Below are positions 38,614-47,198 of a DNA stretch of 51,906 nt, one piece after another. The DNA is from an uncultured Eubacteriales bacterium (GTDB taxonomy: Bacteria; Bacillota; Clostridia; Oscillospirales; Acutalibacteraceae): contig ONIJ01000188.1 of the NCBI GenBank assembly GCA_900317875.1, positions 1 through 51,906 of the forward strand. The letters are read 5' to 3'. The number at the start of each line of letters is the position of its first letter. Position 1 is the first letter of the stretch. The notes beneath the pieces are model-generated. The model did not search any database and was not told where the DNA came from. It was given only the letters and a program-made list of their open reading frames with translations. The position numbers and the translations under genes were made by a program.

Positions 38614-40005
38614 ATGGAGAAAAAAAGAAACACTTTTTCGGGCTCAATAGGGTTCGTGCTCGCGGCGGCGGGCTCGGCTGTAGGTCTGGGAAACATTTGG
38701 AGATTTCCTTATCTTGCGGCAAAAAACGGCGGCGGACTGTTCCTCGTCGTTTACATAATTCTTGCGCTGACCTTTGGCTTCACGCTGCTTGTCAGCGAGG
38801 TCGCAATCGGCAGAAAAACCAAACAGAGCTGTCTGACAGCCTACGGAAAGATCAATAAACGCTGGGGCTGGCTCGGCGGATTGGCGGGCGTGGTTCCGTT
38901 CATCATCTTTCCGTACTACTGCGTAATCGGCGGCTGGGTGCTCAAATACTGCGTCGTCTTTATCACAGGGCAGGAGGTAGAAGCAGCGGGCGACACCTTT
39001 TTTACGGACTTTATCGGCAATAATTTTGAACCGATAATTTTTCTTGCTCTGTTTATGGCGGCGACCTGTTTTGTAGTTTACCGCGGAGTAAACAAGGGTA
39101 TTGAGGCGATGTCCAAAATCCTTATGCCCGTTTTGCTTTTTTTCGTAATCGGAATCGCGATTTTCTCATTGACAATACAGGGCGGCGACGCTCAAAACGG
39201 AAGAACAGGCATGGAAGGATTTGCAAAATACGTAATTCCGAACGTTGAGGGGATGGGCATTGTCGATTTCCTTCACGTGGTTATGGACGCGATGGGTCAG
39301 CTCTTTTACAGCATAAGCGTTGCGATGGGCATTATGATCACCTACGGCTCCTACTGCAAGGATGACAGCAACCTTATGAAATCCGTAAACCAGATCGAAA
39401 TATTCGACACCTTAGTCGCCTTCCTCGCAGGCGTAATGATCATTCCCGCCGTATACGTTTTCCTCGGCAACGATGGTCTTGAAAGCGCGGGACCGGGACT
39501 TATGTTCATCGCGCTTCCCAAAGTGTTCACTGAGATGGGCGTTGCGGGACGTATCTTCGGCAGCATATTTTTCCTGATGGTTCTTTTTGCCGCGCTCACG
39601 AGCTCCGTTTCAATTCTGGAGGCGGTCGCGTCGGGCATAATCGACAAGGCGAACGTCAGCAGAAAAAAAGCAACGATCATCGAAACGGTTATCGGACTGA
39701 TTCTGGGTATTGTGGTTTGCTTCGGATACACAATCTGGAAGTTTGACGTCCTTCTTCCGAACGGCTCACACGCGCAGATTCTCGACATCTTCGACTACGT
39801 GAGCAATAATATCCTTATGCCGATTGTAGCCATCGGAACCTGCGTATTGATCGGCTGGTTGGCAAAGCCGCGGTATGTTATCGATGAAGTTACAAAGAAC
39901 GGCGAAAAATTCAACCGTAAAATGGTTTATATCGCTATGGTACAGTACGTTGCGCCGGCGCTTTTGTTCATTCTGCTTCTCGGTTCCTTGGGCATAATAA
40001 AATAG
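38614..40005 (+). CDS. Sodium-dependent transporter (NSS/SNF family)
   Basis: AAAGSAVGLGNIWRFPY, NGGG, GQLFYSIS, GPGLMF; about 11 TMs. Confidence 0.93.
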   Translation: MEKKRNTFSGSIGFVLAAAGSAVGLGNIWRFPYLAAKNGGGLFLVVYIILALTFGFTLLVSEVAIGRKTKQSCLTAYGKINKRWGWLGGLAGVVPFIIFPYYCVIGGWVLKYCVVFITGQEVEAAGDTFFTDFIGNNFEPIIFLALFMAATCFVVYRGVNKGIEAMSKILMPVLLFFVIGIAIFSLTIQGGDAQNGRTGMEGFAKYVIPNVEGMGIVDFLHVVMDAMGQLFYSISVAMGIMITYGSYCKDDSNLMKSVNQIEIFDTLVAFLAGVMIIPAVYVFLGNDGLESAGPGLMFIALPKVFTEMGVAGRIFGSIFFLMVLFAALTSSVSILEAVASGIIDKANVSRKKATIIETVIGLILGIVVCFGYTIWKFDVLLPNGSHAQILDIFDYVSNNILMPIVAIGTCVLIGWLAKPRYVIDEVTKNGEKFNRKMVYIAMVQYVAPALLFILLLGSLGIIK

Positions 40006-40106
40006 TATTCTCTGAAAAACGTACCACAGGAAGATTTCTCGGTTTCCGCTTTTCGGCATAAAACAGCATTTGCCGCTGAGGGGCGCGGAAGAAGGTTTGG
40101 ATTGCA

Positions 40107-40898
40107 ATGAAAACTTCAAAAAGAAACAAAATGATAATCGTAGCCTCGCTCGGGCTCGTGATTTTGCTGCTCGTAATAATTTCGCTTGCGGTCTCGAAAA
40201 ACTTATGGAGCTCAGACAAAAAGCAAAGCTCGGGTGAGTCCGCTGTGTCGGAGCCGGAGAAAAAACACGGCGGGAAGGTTATGATCGAAAATGTCGAGCC
40301 GATAATGCAGGATGATTTAAAGGCGGGATGCGAAACCTACGCCTGCACTATGCTTCTCAGAAAGCTCGGCTTCGATGTCGACCAGTACTTTATCGCCGAC
40401 AATTATCTGAACTGCCAATATGTGATCACAGGCGACGACGGCGTAAAGTACGGCCCCGATATGCACAGCGCCTTTGCCGGCACCGCTTATGCGGGCTGGG
40501 GAGTTTACGCTCCGGCAATGGCAAAAAGTATGAACAGGTATCTCGACGACCAAAGCTCCGAACTCAACGCTTATCCTCTCGAGGATGTTCCTATTGAAAC
40601 GCTCTGTGAGGATTACATTTCAAAGGGCGTGCCCGTAATGGTGTGGGCTACAACCGATATGGACGAGCCGTATGTTTTCGACGAATGGATCGTCGATTAC
40701 GTGGATGAGAATGCCAAAGCTCAGAAGGGCGATACTGTTCCGTGGTATATGCACGAGCACTGTCTGGTGCTGATCGGCTACGATGACAGCGAATACTACT
40801 TTGCCGATTCAACTCACGGCAACATTTCGCACTTCGAAAAGGAGCTTGCGGAGGAGCGCTATGAGCAGATGGGCAAACAGGCGATTGTCGTAAAATAA
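40107..40898 (+). CDS. Membrane-anchored C39-like cysteine peptidase
   Basis: N-terminal TM, GCETYACTMLL (Cys), GVPVMVW, EHCLVLIGYD (His), FADS (Asp). Confidence 0.8.
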   Translation: MKTSKRNKMIIVASLGLVILLLVIISLAVSKNLWSSDKKQSSGESAVSEPEKKHGGKVMIENVEPIMQDDLKAGCETYACTMLLRKLGFDVDQYFIADNYLNCQYVITGDDGVKYGPDMHSAFAGTAYAGWGVYAPAMAKSMNRYLDDQSSELNAYPLEDVPIETLCEDYISKGVPVMVWATTDMDEPYVFDEWIVDYVDENAKAQKGDTVPWYMHEHCLVLIGYDDSEYYFADSTHGNISHFEKELAEERYEQMGKQAIVVK

Positions 40899-40974
40899 CC
40901 CGAAAAAGGCTGAATAAGTCGTCAAAACAGGCGGCTTTGCGCCAATAAATTCCATTACAAAAATTTCATAATTA

Positions 40975-41002
40975 TTGACATAATCGAAAATTATAATATA
41001 AT
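40975..41002 (+). promoter_or_regulatory. Sigma-A promoter
   Basis: TTGACA-N16-TATAAT. Confidence 0.6.
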
Positions 41003-41052
41003 AGGTACGTAAGAAAAAACAAAGATGTTCTATTATTACGGAGGAATTAATT

Positions 41053-41592
41053 ATGAAAAGAGTTATTTCATTTGTTATCGCAGCGCTTATGGCTGTTACC
41101 GTTTTTGCGGGCTGCGGCACTTCCAGCAGCGGTTCAGACAGCAGCTCCGAGAGCAGCGCGGCAAGCAGCAACTCGGATAAGGAAGAAAGCTCAAGCTCTT
41201 CGGAGAGCAAAGAGTCAAGCAAAGTGGATCTGAACGAGATCCTTGATAAGATTAACAGCGAAACCGGTCTTTCCATCGACAAGCTCGATGATGTTTCAAG
41301 ATTAAAGCGTTACTATGACATCGATGAAGAAGACGTTAAGCAGTTTGCGGTTGAAAGAGATAAGGACAACGAGGTCGCTCTGATCGAGGCCGTCGACGGC
41401 GATGCAGCAAGCAGAATCGAAGAGTGCCTTCAGAATAAGCTCGACTCACTTGTTAACCTTTCAAATTCCTACTCACCCGAAAAGGCTGAACAGGTCAAAT
41501 CCTGCAAAGTAACTAAGGACGGCAACTTTGTCACCCTTATCGTTACCGACAACGCTGAAACTGCGCTCAAGGTCTTCAAGGACAGCATTTAA
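41053..41592 (+). CDS. Lipoprotein, DUF4358-like
   Basis: Lipobox FAGC, Ser-rich linker, EVALIEA...YSPEKA...GNFVTLIV pattern. Confidence 0.7.
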   Translation: MKRVISFVIAALMAVTVFAGCGTSSSGSDSSSESSAASSNSDKEESSSSSESKESSKVDLNEILDKINSETGLSIDKLDDVSRLKRYYDIDEEDVKQFAVERDKDNEVALIEAVDGDAASRIEECLQNKLDSLVNLSNSYSPEKAEQVKSCKVTKDGNFVTLIVTDNAETALKVFKDSI

Positions 41593-41608
41593 AACTAAAG
41601 AAAAAGAG

Positions 41609-41633
41609 GGGCGGACTTTGTTCGCCCGTTTTT
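41609..41633 (+). terminator. Terminator after the lipoprotein gene
   Basis: GGGCGGAC-ttt-GTTCGCCC then GTTTTT. Confidence 0.6.
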
Positions 41634-41679
41634 CTGTATTTATGAATTTAACAAAGCCCTAAGCAAGGACGAATTATTT

Positions 41680-43911
41680 ATGACTCAAACAGAAATCCAA
41701 AAGAATTTTTCACATATGAACCCAATGCAGCAGCAGGCGGTTTTTGCCACCGAGGGACCTATCCTCATACTTGCCGGAGCCGGCTCCGGCAAGACGACGG
41801 TGCTCGTTAACCGAATTGCGTACATTCTGCAGTGCGGACTGTGCAAGCCGTGGAACATTCTCGCAATCACCTTTACCAACAAGGCTGCGGGCGAGCTGAA
41901 AGAGCGCATCTGCAGCGCCGTGCCCGAGGGCGGCGGCGACATCTGGGCGGCGACCTTCCATTCGACCTGCGCCAGAATCCTGCGGCGCTACGGCGACAGG
42001 CTCGGCTATTCCTCGCATTTCACGGTCTATGCCACCGACGATCAAAAAAGACTCGTGAAGGAAATCGTAAAGCAGCTCAACTACGACGAAAAGCAGCTTG
42101 CGGTAAAATCTATCCTCACCGAGATCTCCAAGGCGAAGGATAAAATGATAACGCCGCAGCAGATGCTCAAGGACGCCGAATACGATTTCCGAAAGGTTTC
42201 GATCGCGAAGGTTTATGAAATCTATCAGGCAAGGCTCAAAACTGCTGACGCAATGGATTTCGACGACCTGCTCTGCAAAACAGTAGAGCTGTTCGAGCAG
42301 TTTCCCGAGATACTCGGCTTTTATCAGAATCAGTTTAAATACATAATGGTTGACGAGTATCAGGATACCAACCGCGTTCAGTACCGATTTGTTTCCATGC
42401 TCGCCGAAAAGTACGGCAATATCTGCGTTGTCGGCGACGACGACCAGAGTATCTATAAATTTCGCGGAGCCACAATCGAGAATATTCTCTCATTTGAAAA
42501 CACCTTCAAGGGTGCACGCATTATCAGACTGGAGCAGAATTACCGCAGCACCAAGAATATTCTGAACGCCGCAAACGCCGTTATTTCAAACAATGTTGCT
42601 CGAAAGGGCAAAACCCTTTGGACAGAGAACAGAACGGGAGAAAAAATAGAGCTGCACACCTGCGCCGATGAACGCGACGAGGCGAGATTTATCGCGCAAA
42701 CGATAATGGACGGAGTTGCCGAGGGAAGAAAATATTCGGATTTCGCGGTGCTCTACCGCACAAACGCTCAGTCAAACTCCGTTGAGCAGGCTCTTTCGCG
42801 AAGCGGAATCCCGCACAGAATAATCGGCGGTCACCGCTTCTACGACCGCGAGGAAATCCGCGATATGGTCGCGTATCTCCAGGTCATCAACAATCCGCAC
42901 GACGACGTCAGGCTCGGCAGAATAATAAATGTTCCAAAGCGCGGGATCGGCGCCCGTACACTTCAGGTCGCTGCCGAAATAGGGGCAGGGCTGGGCGAGA
43001 GCATTTACACCGTCATCAAGGACGCGGACGGTTATCCTCAGCTTTCGCGGGCGGCTTCAAAGCTGAAGGAATTTGTTTCGCTGATTGACGGACTCATCGA
43101 CGCTCAGGAGAGCGGGGATTATTCTCTTGCAGAATTATACAATCTCATTCTTGAGCATACAAACTACGAAAACTATCTCAGAACAGAAAAAGAAAACGCC
43201 GATGTCAGAATAGAAAACATCGAGGAGCTTTCCTCAAACATCATCAAGTTCGAGGAGGATTACGAGGACGAGGCGGATCTGTCAGCCTTCCTCGAGGAAA
43301 TCTCGCTGATGACCGACATCGACAACTATGACGCCGACGCCGACACCTGCGTAATGATGACGCTCCACAGCGCCAAGGGACTCGAATTTCCGGTCGTTTT
43401 CATAACCGGTATGGAGGACGGCCTGTTCCCGTCAATAGCCTCAATGATGAATCCCGAGGAAATCGGAGAGGAGCGGCGGCTCGCTTATGTCGGCATTACC
43501 CGCGCAAAGGAAAAGCTCTATCTTACAAAGACTCGTTCGAGAATGCTGTTCGGTTCTACAACCTATAACAAGGAGAGCCGTTTTGTAAGCGAAATTCCCG
43601 ATGAGCTTCTTGAAAAGACGGGGGAGGAAAGAAAGCCGGCGTATTCCTCGGGCTTCGGCGGTGAAACCATAGGAGTCGGCGGCTACGCAAAAAACGCCTA
43701 TTCTCCCAAGAAATCAAACTTTTATCAGGCTCCTGCCGCAAAGACCGGCGTCGTTTACAATGTCGGCGACACTGTTTTGCACAAGGCGTTCGGAAAGGGA
43801 ATGGTTATGTCCGCCGAAAAAATGGGCAACGATACGCTCCTTGAGATCGCCTTCGACAAGGCGGGTACCAAGAAGTTGATGGCTAACTTCTGCAAGATGG
43901 AAAAACTGTAA
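41680..43911 (+). CDS. pcrA: ATP-dependent DNA helicase PcrA/UvrD
   Basis: AGAGSGKT, TFTNKAA, VDEYQD, VGDDDQSIY, LEQNYRS, HSAKGLEF, YVGITRA, C-terminal Tudor-like domain. Confidence 0.95.
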   Translation: MTQTEIQKNFSHMNPMQQQAVFATEGPILILAGAGSGKTTVLVNRIAYILQCGLCKPWNILAITFTNKAAGELKERICSAVPEGGGDIWAATFHSTCARILRRYGDRLGYSSHFTVYATDDQKRLVKEIVKQLNYDEKQLAVKSILTEISKAKDKMITPQQMLKDAEYDFRKVSIAKVYEIYQARLKTADAMDFDDLLCKTVELFEQFPEILGFYQNQFKYIMVDEYQDTNRVQYRFVSMLAEKYGNICVVGDDDQSIYKFRGATIENILSFENTFKGARIIRLEQNYRSTKNILNAANAVISNNVARKGKTLWTENRTGEKIELHTCADERDEARFIAQTIMDGVAEGRKYSDFAVLYRTNAQSNSVEQALSRSGIPHRIIGGHRFYDREEIRDMVAYLQVINNPHDDVRLGRIINVPKRGIGARTLQVAAEIGAGLGESIYTVIKDADGYPQLSRAASKLKEFVSLIDGLIDAQESGDYSLAELYNLILEHTNYENYLRTEKENADVRIENIEELSSNIIKFEEDYEDEADLSAFLEEISLMTDIDNYDADADTCVMMTLHSAKGLEFPVVFITGMEDGLFPSIASMMNPEEIGEERRLAYVGITRAKEKLYLTKTRSRMLFGSTTYNKESRFVSEIPDELLEKTGEERKPAYSSGFGGETIGVGGYAKNAYSPKKSNFYQAPAAKTGVVYNVGDTVLHKAFGKGMVMSAEKMGNDTLLEIAFDKAGTKKLMANFCKMEKL

Positions 43912-43923
43912 GAGGGTGAACCT

Positions 43924-45162
43924 ATGTTTAAATCTATAAAGGCTGTTTTATGCGTAGCACTGTCGGCTGCTTTCGCGCTGACCGGCTGCAACGGCGGCAA
44001 CAGCCAAAAGTCCGAGAGCAGCGAGACTTCTTCTGCCTCAAGCTCATCTTCGGACGGCAAAACCCAAACCTCTCAGGCGGAAACCGTTCCTACCGAGCCG
44101 GTTCCCGCAACTCCCGACTCGCGCGAACCGGTCGACGATGAGAACATTACATACAACAGCTATGAAATCAAAAAGAATCTGGACGAAATAGAAGCCACTC
44201 TTGACGAGCTGCTCGAGGACAACGGCTATAACGGAGTAGTCTATGTAAAATTCGGCAACGACTTCGAAAAGACAAGGGCTTTCGGCTCGGCAAATATGGG
44301 CGCTCACATCAGAAACTCGATCCACACCAAAATGTATGTCGGCGAGTTGACACAGTTTGTTACGGCTCTCGCGGTGATGAAGCTCGTAGAGGACAACAAT
44401 CTCAATCTGCAAACTACAATTGACAAATATTTCCCTAAATGTCCATACGCAAAGGACGTCACCATAGAGCAGCTTTTGACGATGAAGTCGGCTATTCCCG
44501 ATTATGTTGTTTCGGAGGACGGAAAGCTGAAAACCCTCGTTCCTCAGCTTGAAAAACTGGTCAGCGAGGAGAACGGCGCCGAAAAGAACAAGCAGGCGGT
44601 GCTCAACTGGATCCTCAGCCAGCCGCGCGAAACCTCACACGGAATATCGTTTGATTTTTCAAACAGCAACTATTTCCTGCTCGGCGAGATTATCGCCAAG
44701 GAGAGTAAAACGAGCTACGAGGACTATGTCAGCCAACATATTTTCACTCCTTTGCATATGACAAAATCGTGCTTTGTTTCCGATGAGAACACCTCGATAC
44801 CATATACGGGGACCGAACAGAGCGCAAAGCTCCTCTGCGGCGGAGTGGGTTATTCTTCGCTTGGAATGATCACAAACGTCTCCAATCTGCTTGAGCTCAT
44901 TGACGGATTGATGACTAATAGTATCATCAGCGAAGCAACGTTTAAAAAGCTGTTCACCGATTACGGCGGCGGCTACGGCTACGGTGTTTACGTCAGCGGA
45001 ATACGTGCGACGGGGATCGGAGGCATAGACGCCTTCAGCGCAAAAATGAGCTTTACCACAAATAACAATCAGATATATGTGGCGCTTTCCAACGACTCGG
45101 AAAGCAACCCCGATAAAATCCACACCTTGTTCCGCGATTATCTGATGAAATTCAGGAACTAA
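43924..45162 (+). CDS. Beta-lactamase/serine-hydrolase-fold lipoprotein with degenerate catalytic motifs
   Basis: Lipobox LTGC; TIDKYFP, VTIEQLLT, FSNSNYFLLGEII, IFTPLHM, YGYG; SxxK position reads ELTQ. Confidence 0.78.
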   Translation: MFKSIKAVLCVALSAAFALTGCNGGNSQKSESSETSSASSSSSDGKTQTSQAETVPTEPVPATPDSREPVDDENITYNSYEIKKNLDEIEATLDELLEDNGYNGVVYVKFGNDFEKTRAFGSANMGAHIRNSIHTKMYVGELTQFVTALAVMKLVEDNNLNLQTTIDKYFPKCPYAKDVTIEQLLTMKSAIPDYVVSEDGKLKTLVPQLEKLVSEENGAEKNKQAVLNWILSQPRETSHGISFDFSNSNYFLLGEIIAKESKTSYEDYVSQHIFTPLHMTKSCFVSDENTSIPYTGTEQSAKLLCGGVGYSSLGMITNVSNLLELIDGLMTNSIISEATFKKLFTDYGGGYGYGVYVSGIRATGIGGIDAFSAKMSFTTNNNQIYVALSNDSESNPDKIHTLFRDYLMKFRN

Positions 45163-45183
45163 AATCATAAACCTCCATAGAAT
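45158..45183 (+). promoter_or_regulatory. Candidate SigK/SigE-type promoter
   Basis: AC (45158-45159), 16-bp spacer, CATAGAAT (45176-45183). Confidence 0.45.
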
Positions 45184-45232
45184 GGTATTGTTACAGTACA
45201 TCTGTAAATACTTAATTATGGAGGTTATTTTT

Positions 45233-46081
45233 ATGTCGGAAACTTCTTTGGATACCGAACAGACGACGGCTGAGATGGCCGACGGAAGCGCGGCACCGGT
45301 TCAGTTTGATCCCGTTTGTCTTGACGTGCCCAGAATTTATGACAGCTGCGGGGCAAAGGACTGCCTGCGCGATCTCAACGTTTTCTTTACCGCGGAAAAC
45401 CAGAAGATAATCGACACCGCAACTTCGGTAAGGATCACCCGCGTCAGCGTGATAACGGCGTCGGTGGACGTCGACTCCGTGGCCTTCCACAGAGGCTACT
45501 ATTCGGTTGACGAAAAATTTTATTTTCTCTGCTGCTGCGAGGTCTACACCGGCGCGGGTGCACTGCCTTCAAATGTTACGGGCGTAGCGGTAAATTCAAA
45601 GCGAGTCGTGCTCTACGGCAGCGACGGCTTTGTAAAGCGTTTTTCGAGCGACAGAACTCCCGAAATCGACCCGACAGAGCTCGATTGCTGCGGCGGCTAC
45701 GCGGGCTCAATGCCGACAGCCACGGTTCAGGTGTCAAGTCCGATGGCGCTTGCGGCAGCGCTGAGTCCCGTAACAACGCCCGTGATCGTTCCTTATGTGC
45801 CCGAAACCGTAACGGAGTTCATCGGCGGCGAGCTTTATGAACCCGAAACACAGCAGGTAAAAACCACCATCGGCGTATTTTCGATCACCACTCTGTCGCG
45901 CGACGTGCAGCTTATGCTTCCTTCCTACGATTTCTGTGTTCCCAGAAAGGAATGTGACGACAGCGAGGACGATCCCTGCGAGGCGTTCAGCAAAATCGAA
46001 TTCCCGACGGATTCGTTTTTCCCGCCTAATTCACAGGAAACTGACGGCGGCGACAGTCCGTTCGGCTGCCGCTGCGGATAA
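45233..46081 (+). CDS. Cys-rich acidic hypothetical protein, possible spore coat/exosporium component
   Basis: GGAGG RBS; VCLDVPRIYDSCGAKDC, YDFCVPRKEC, DPCEAF; mother-cell-type promoter; own terminator. Confidence 0.65.
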   Translation: MSETSLDTEQTTAEMADGSAAPVQFDPVCLDVPRIYDSCGAKDCLRDLNVFFTAENQKIIDTATSVRITRVSVITASVDVDSVAFHRGYYSVDEKFYFLCCCEVYTGAGALPSNVTGVAVNSKRVVLYGSDGFVKRFSSDRTPEIDPTELDCCGGYAGSMPTATVQVSSPMALAAALSPVTTPVIVPYVPETVTEFIGGELYEPETQQVKTTIGVFSITTLSRDVQLMLPSYDFCVPRKECDDSEDDPCEAFSKIEFPTDSFFPPNSQETDGGDSPFGCRCG

Positions 46082-46097
46082 GTATCGGTAATATTTT

Positions 46098-46125
46098 GAG
46101 CTGACCGTTTGGTCGGCTCTTTTTT
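46098..46125 (+). terminator. Rho-independent terminator
   Basis: GAGCTGACC/GGTCGGCTC stem plus TTTTTT. Confidence 0.75.
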
Positions 46126-46216
46126 ATATTCAAGGTGAAATTTTATCACAACTCCAAATAAGCAAAACCTATTGTGATATAATATTATCGTAAAGAATTT
46201 GCGAAGGAGTGATAAA

Positions 46217-46591
46217 ATGCCAAAGAGAAAAACAGGCTCTACCGACGAGTCTTTCGGACAGAATCTTGCGTTTTATCGCAAAATCGCGGGGTACACTCAG
46301 CAGCAGATCGCAGATATGCTCAACATCAACCGAACAACCTACACCAAGTACGAAACGGGCGCCTCCGAGCCCAGCATCGAAATAATGAAAAAGCTCTCGG
46401 AAATCCTCAAGGTCGATATAAACTCGCTTTTCAACGGCGAGGACGAGAACGCGGCTTTATCTGACATTACCGATGAGGAATTTGTCCTTACGGCTGAGCA
46501 GCGCATTATGCTGAGGCGTTACAGCTCTCTGAACAGAGAGGACAGAATAGAAATCGAAAAGATGATTCACAAGCTCAGCGGGGAAAAATAA
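46217..46591 (+). CDS. XRE/Cro-family HTH transcriptional regulator
   Basis: YRKIAGYTQQQIADMLNINRTTYTKYETGASEP; ATG 46217 after AAGGAG. Confidence 0.88.
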   Translation: MPKRKTGSTDESFGQNLAFYRKIAGYTQQQIADMLNINRTTYTKYETGASEPSIEIMKKLSEILKVDINSLFNGEDENAALSDITDEEFVLTAEQRIMLRRYSSLNREDRIEIEKMIHKLSGEK

Positions 46592-46604
46592 TTTGCCAAA
46601 ACCC

Positions 46605-46633
46605 TTTACAAAATTCCCTCTGTGTGATATAAT
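46605..46633 (+). promoter_or_regulatory. Sigma-A promoter of rpsO
   Basis: TTTACA-N17-TATAAT with extended TG. Confidence 0.7.
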
Positions 46634-46639
46634 TTAGCA

Positions 46640-46715
46640 GTTGACCTGAGCCACGGATTCCGGATCAAGCCGCAAAAGCGGAGTTTCACAGCCTCTTTCT
46701 GAGACTCAGGCGAAT
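46640..46715 (+). ncRNA. Putative S15 (rpsO) autoregulatory leader
   Basis: Closing stem CCTGAG (46645-46650)/CTCAGG (46705-46710) enclosing the CCGC-aaaa-GCGG hairpin in the rpsO 5'UTR. Confidence 0.5.
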
Positions 46716-46736
46716 AATTTAAAAGGTGGAATAAAA

Positions 46737-47000
46737 ATGTTAAAAGAAGAAAAGCAGGCCATAATGGCAGAGTACGCTACCCACGAGGGTGACACAGGTT
46801 CTCCCGAGGTTCAGATCGCGCTTCTCACAAGAAGAATCAACGACCTCACCGAGCACCTCAAGATTCACAAGAAGGATCATCACAGCAGACGCGGTCTTCT
46901 GATGATGGTTGGTCAGAGAAGAAGCCTTCTCGGCTACCTCAAGAAGGTAGACATCGAGAGATACCGTTCAATCATCGCAAGACTCGGTATCCGTAAATAA
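46737..47000 (+). CDS. rpsO: 30S ribosomal protein S15
   Basis: [25 protein letters not shown]. Confidence 0.98.
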   Translation: MLKEEKQAIMAEYATHEGDTGSPEVQIALLTRRINDLTEHLKIHKKDHHSRRGLLMMVGQRRSLLGYLKKVDIERYRSIIARLGIRK

Positions 47001-47054
47001 TCACTGTCAATTCAGGGCAAGCGGGCGCTGTTGTCGGCTTGCCCTAAATTCAAA

Positions 47055-47173
47055 TAACGGGCTTTAACTGCTGCTTTTTAGCGGTAAAACGAGTTTTTTT
47101 CGCATTTTTTATTTTTGCCAAAGCCGCGCTGAAAAAATTGGTTTTATTGCTAAATCAGCGTAAAGTCCCGTTA
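47055..47173 (+). other. Long imperfect hairpin in the pnp leader (candidate RNase III site)
   Basis: TAACGGGCTTTA...TTTAGCGGTAAAAC...TTTTTTC pairs with GAAAAAA...GTTTTATTGCTAAA...TAAAGTCCCGTTA. Confidence 0.6.
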
Positions 47174-47198
47174 AATACTATTATGAAAGGATTTTACC

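Noticed and set aside
46217-46591. XRE regulator as a prophage or ICE repressor
   Set aside because: No integrase, phage or conjugation genes nearby; flanked by chromosomal genes.
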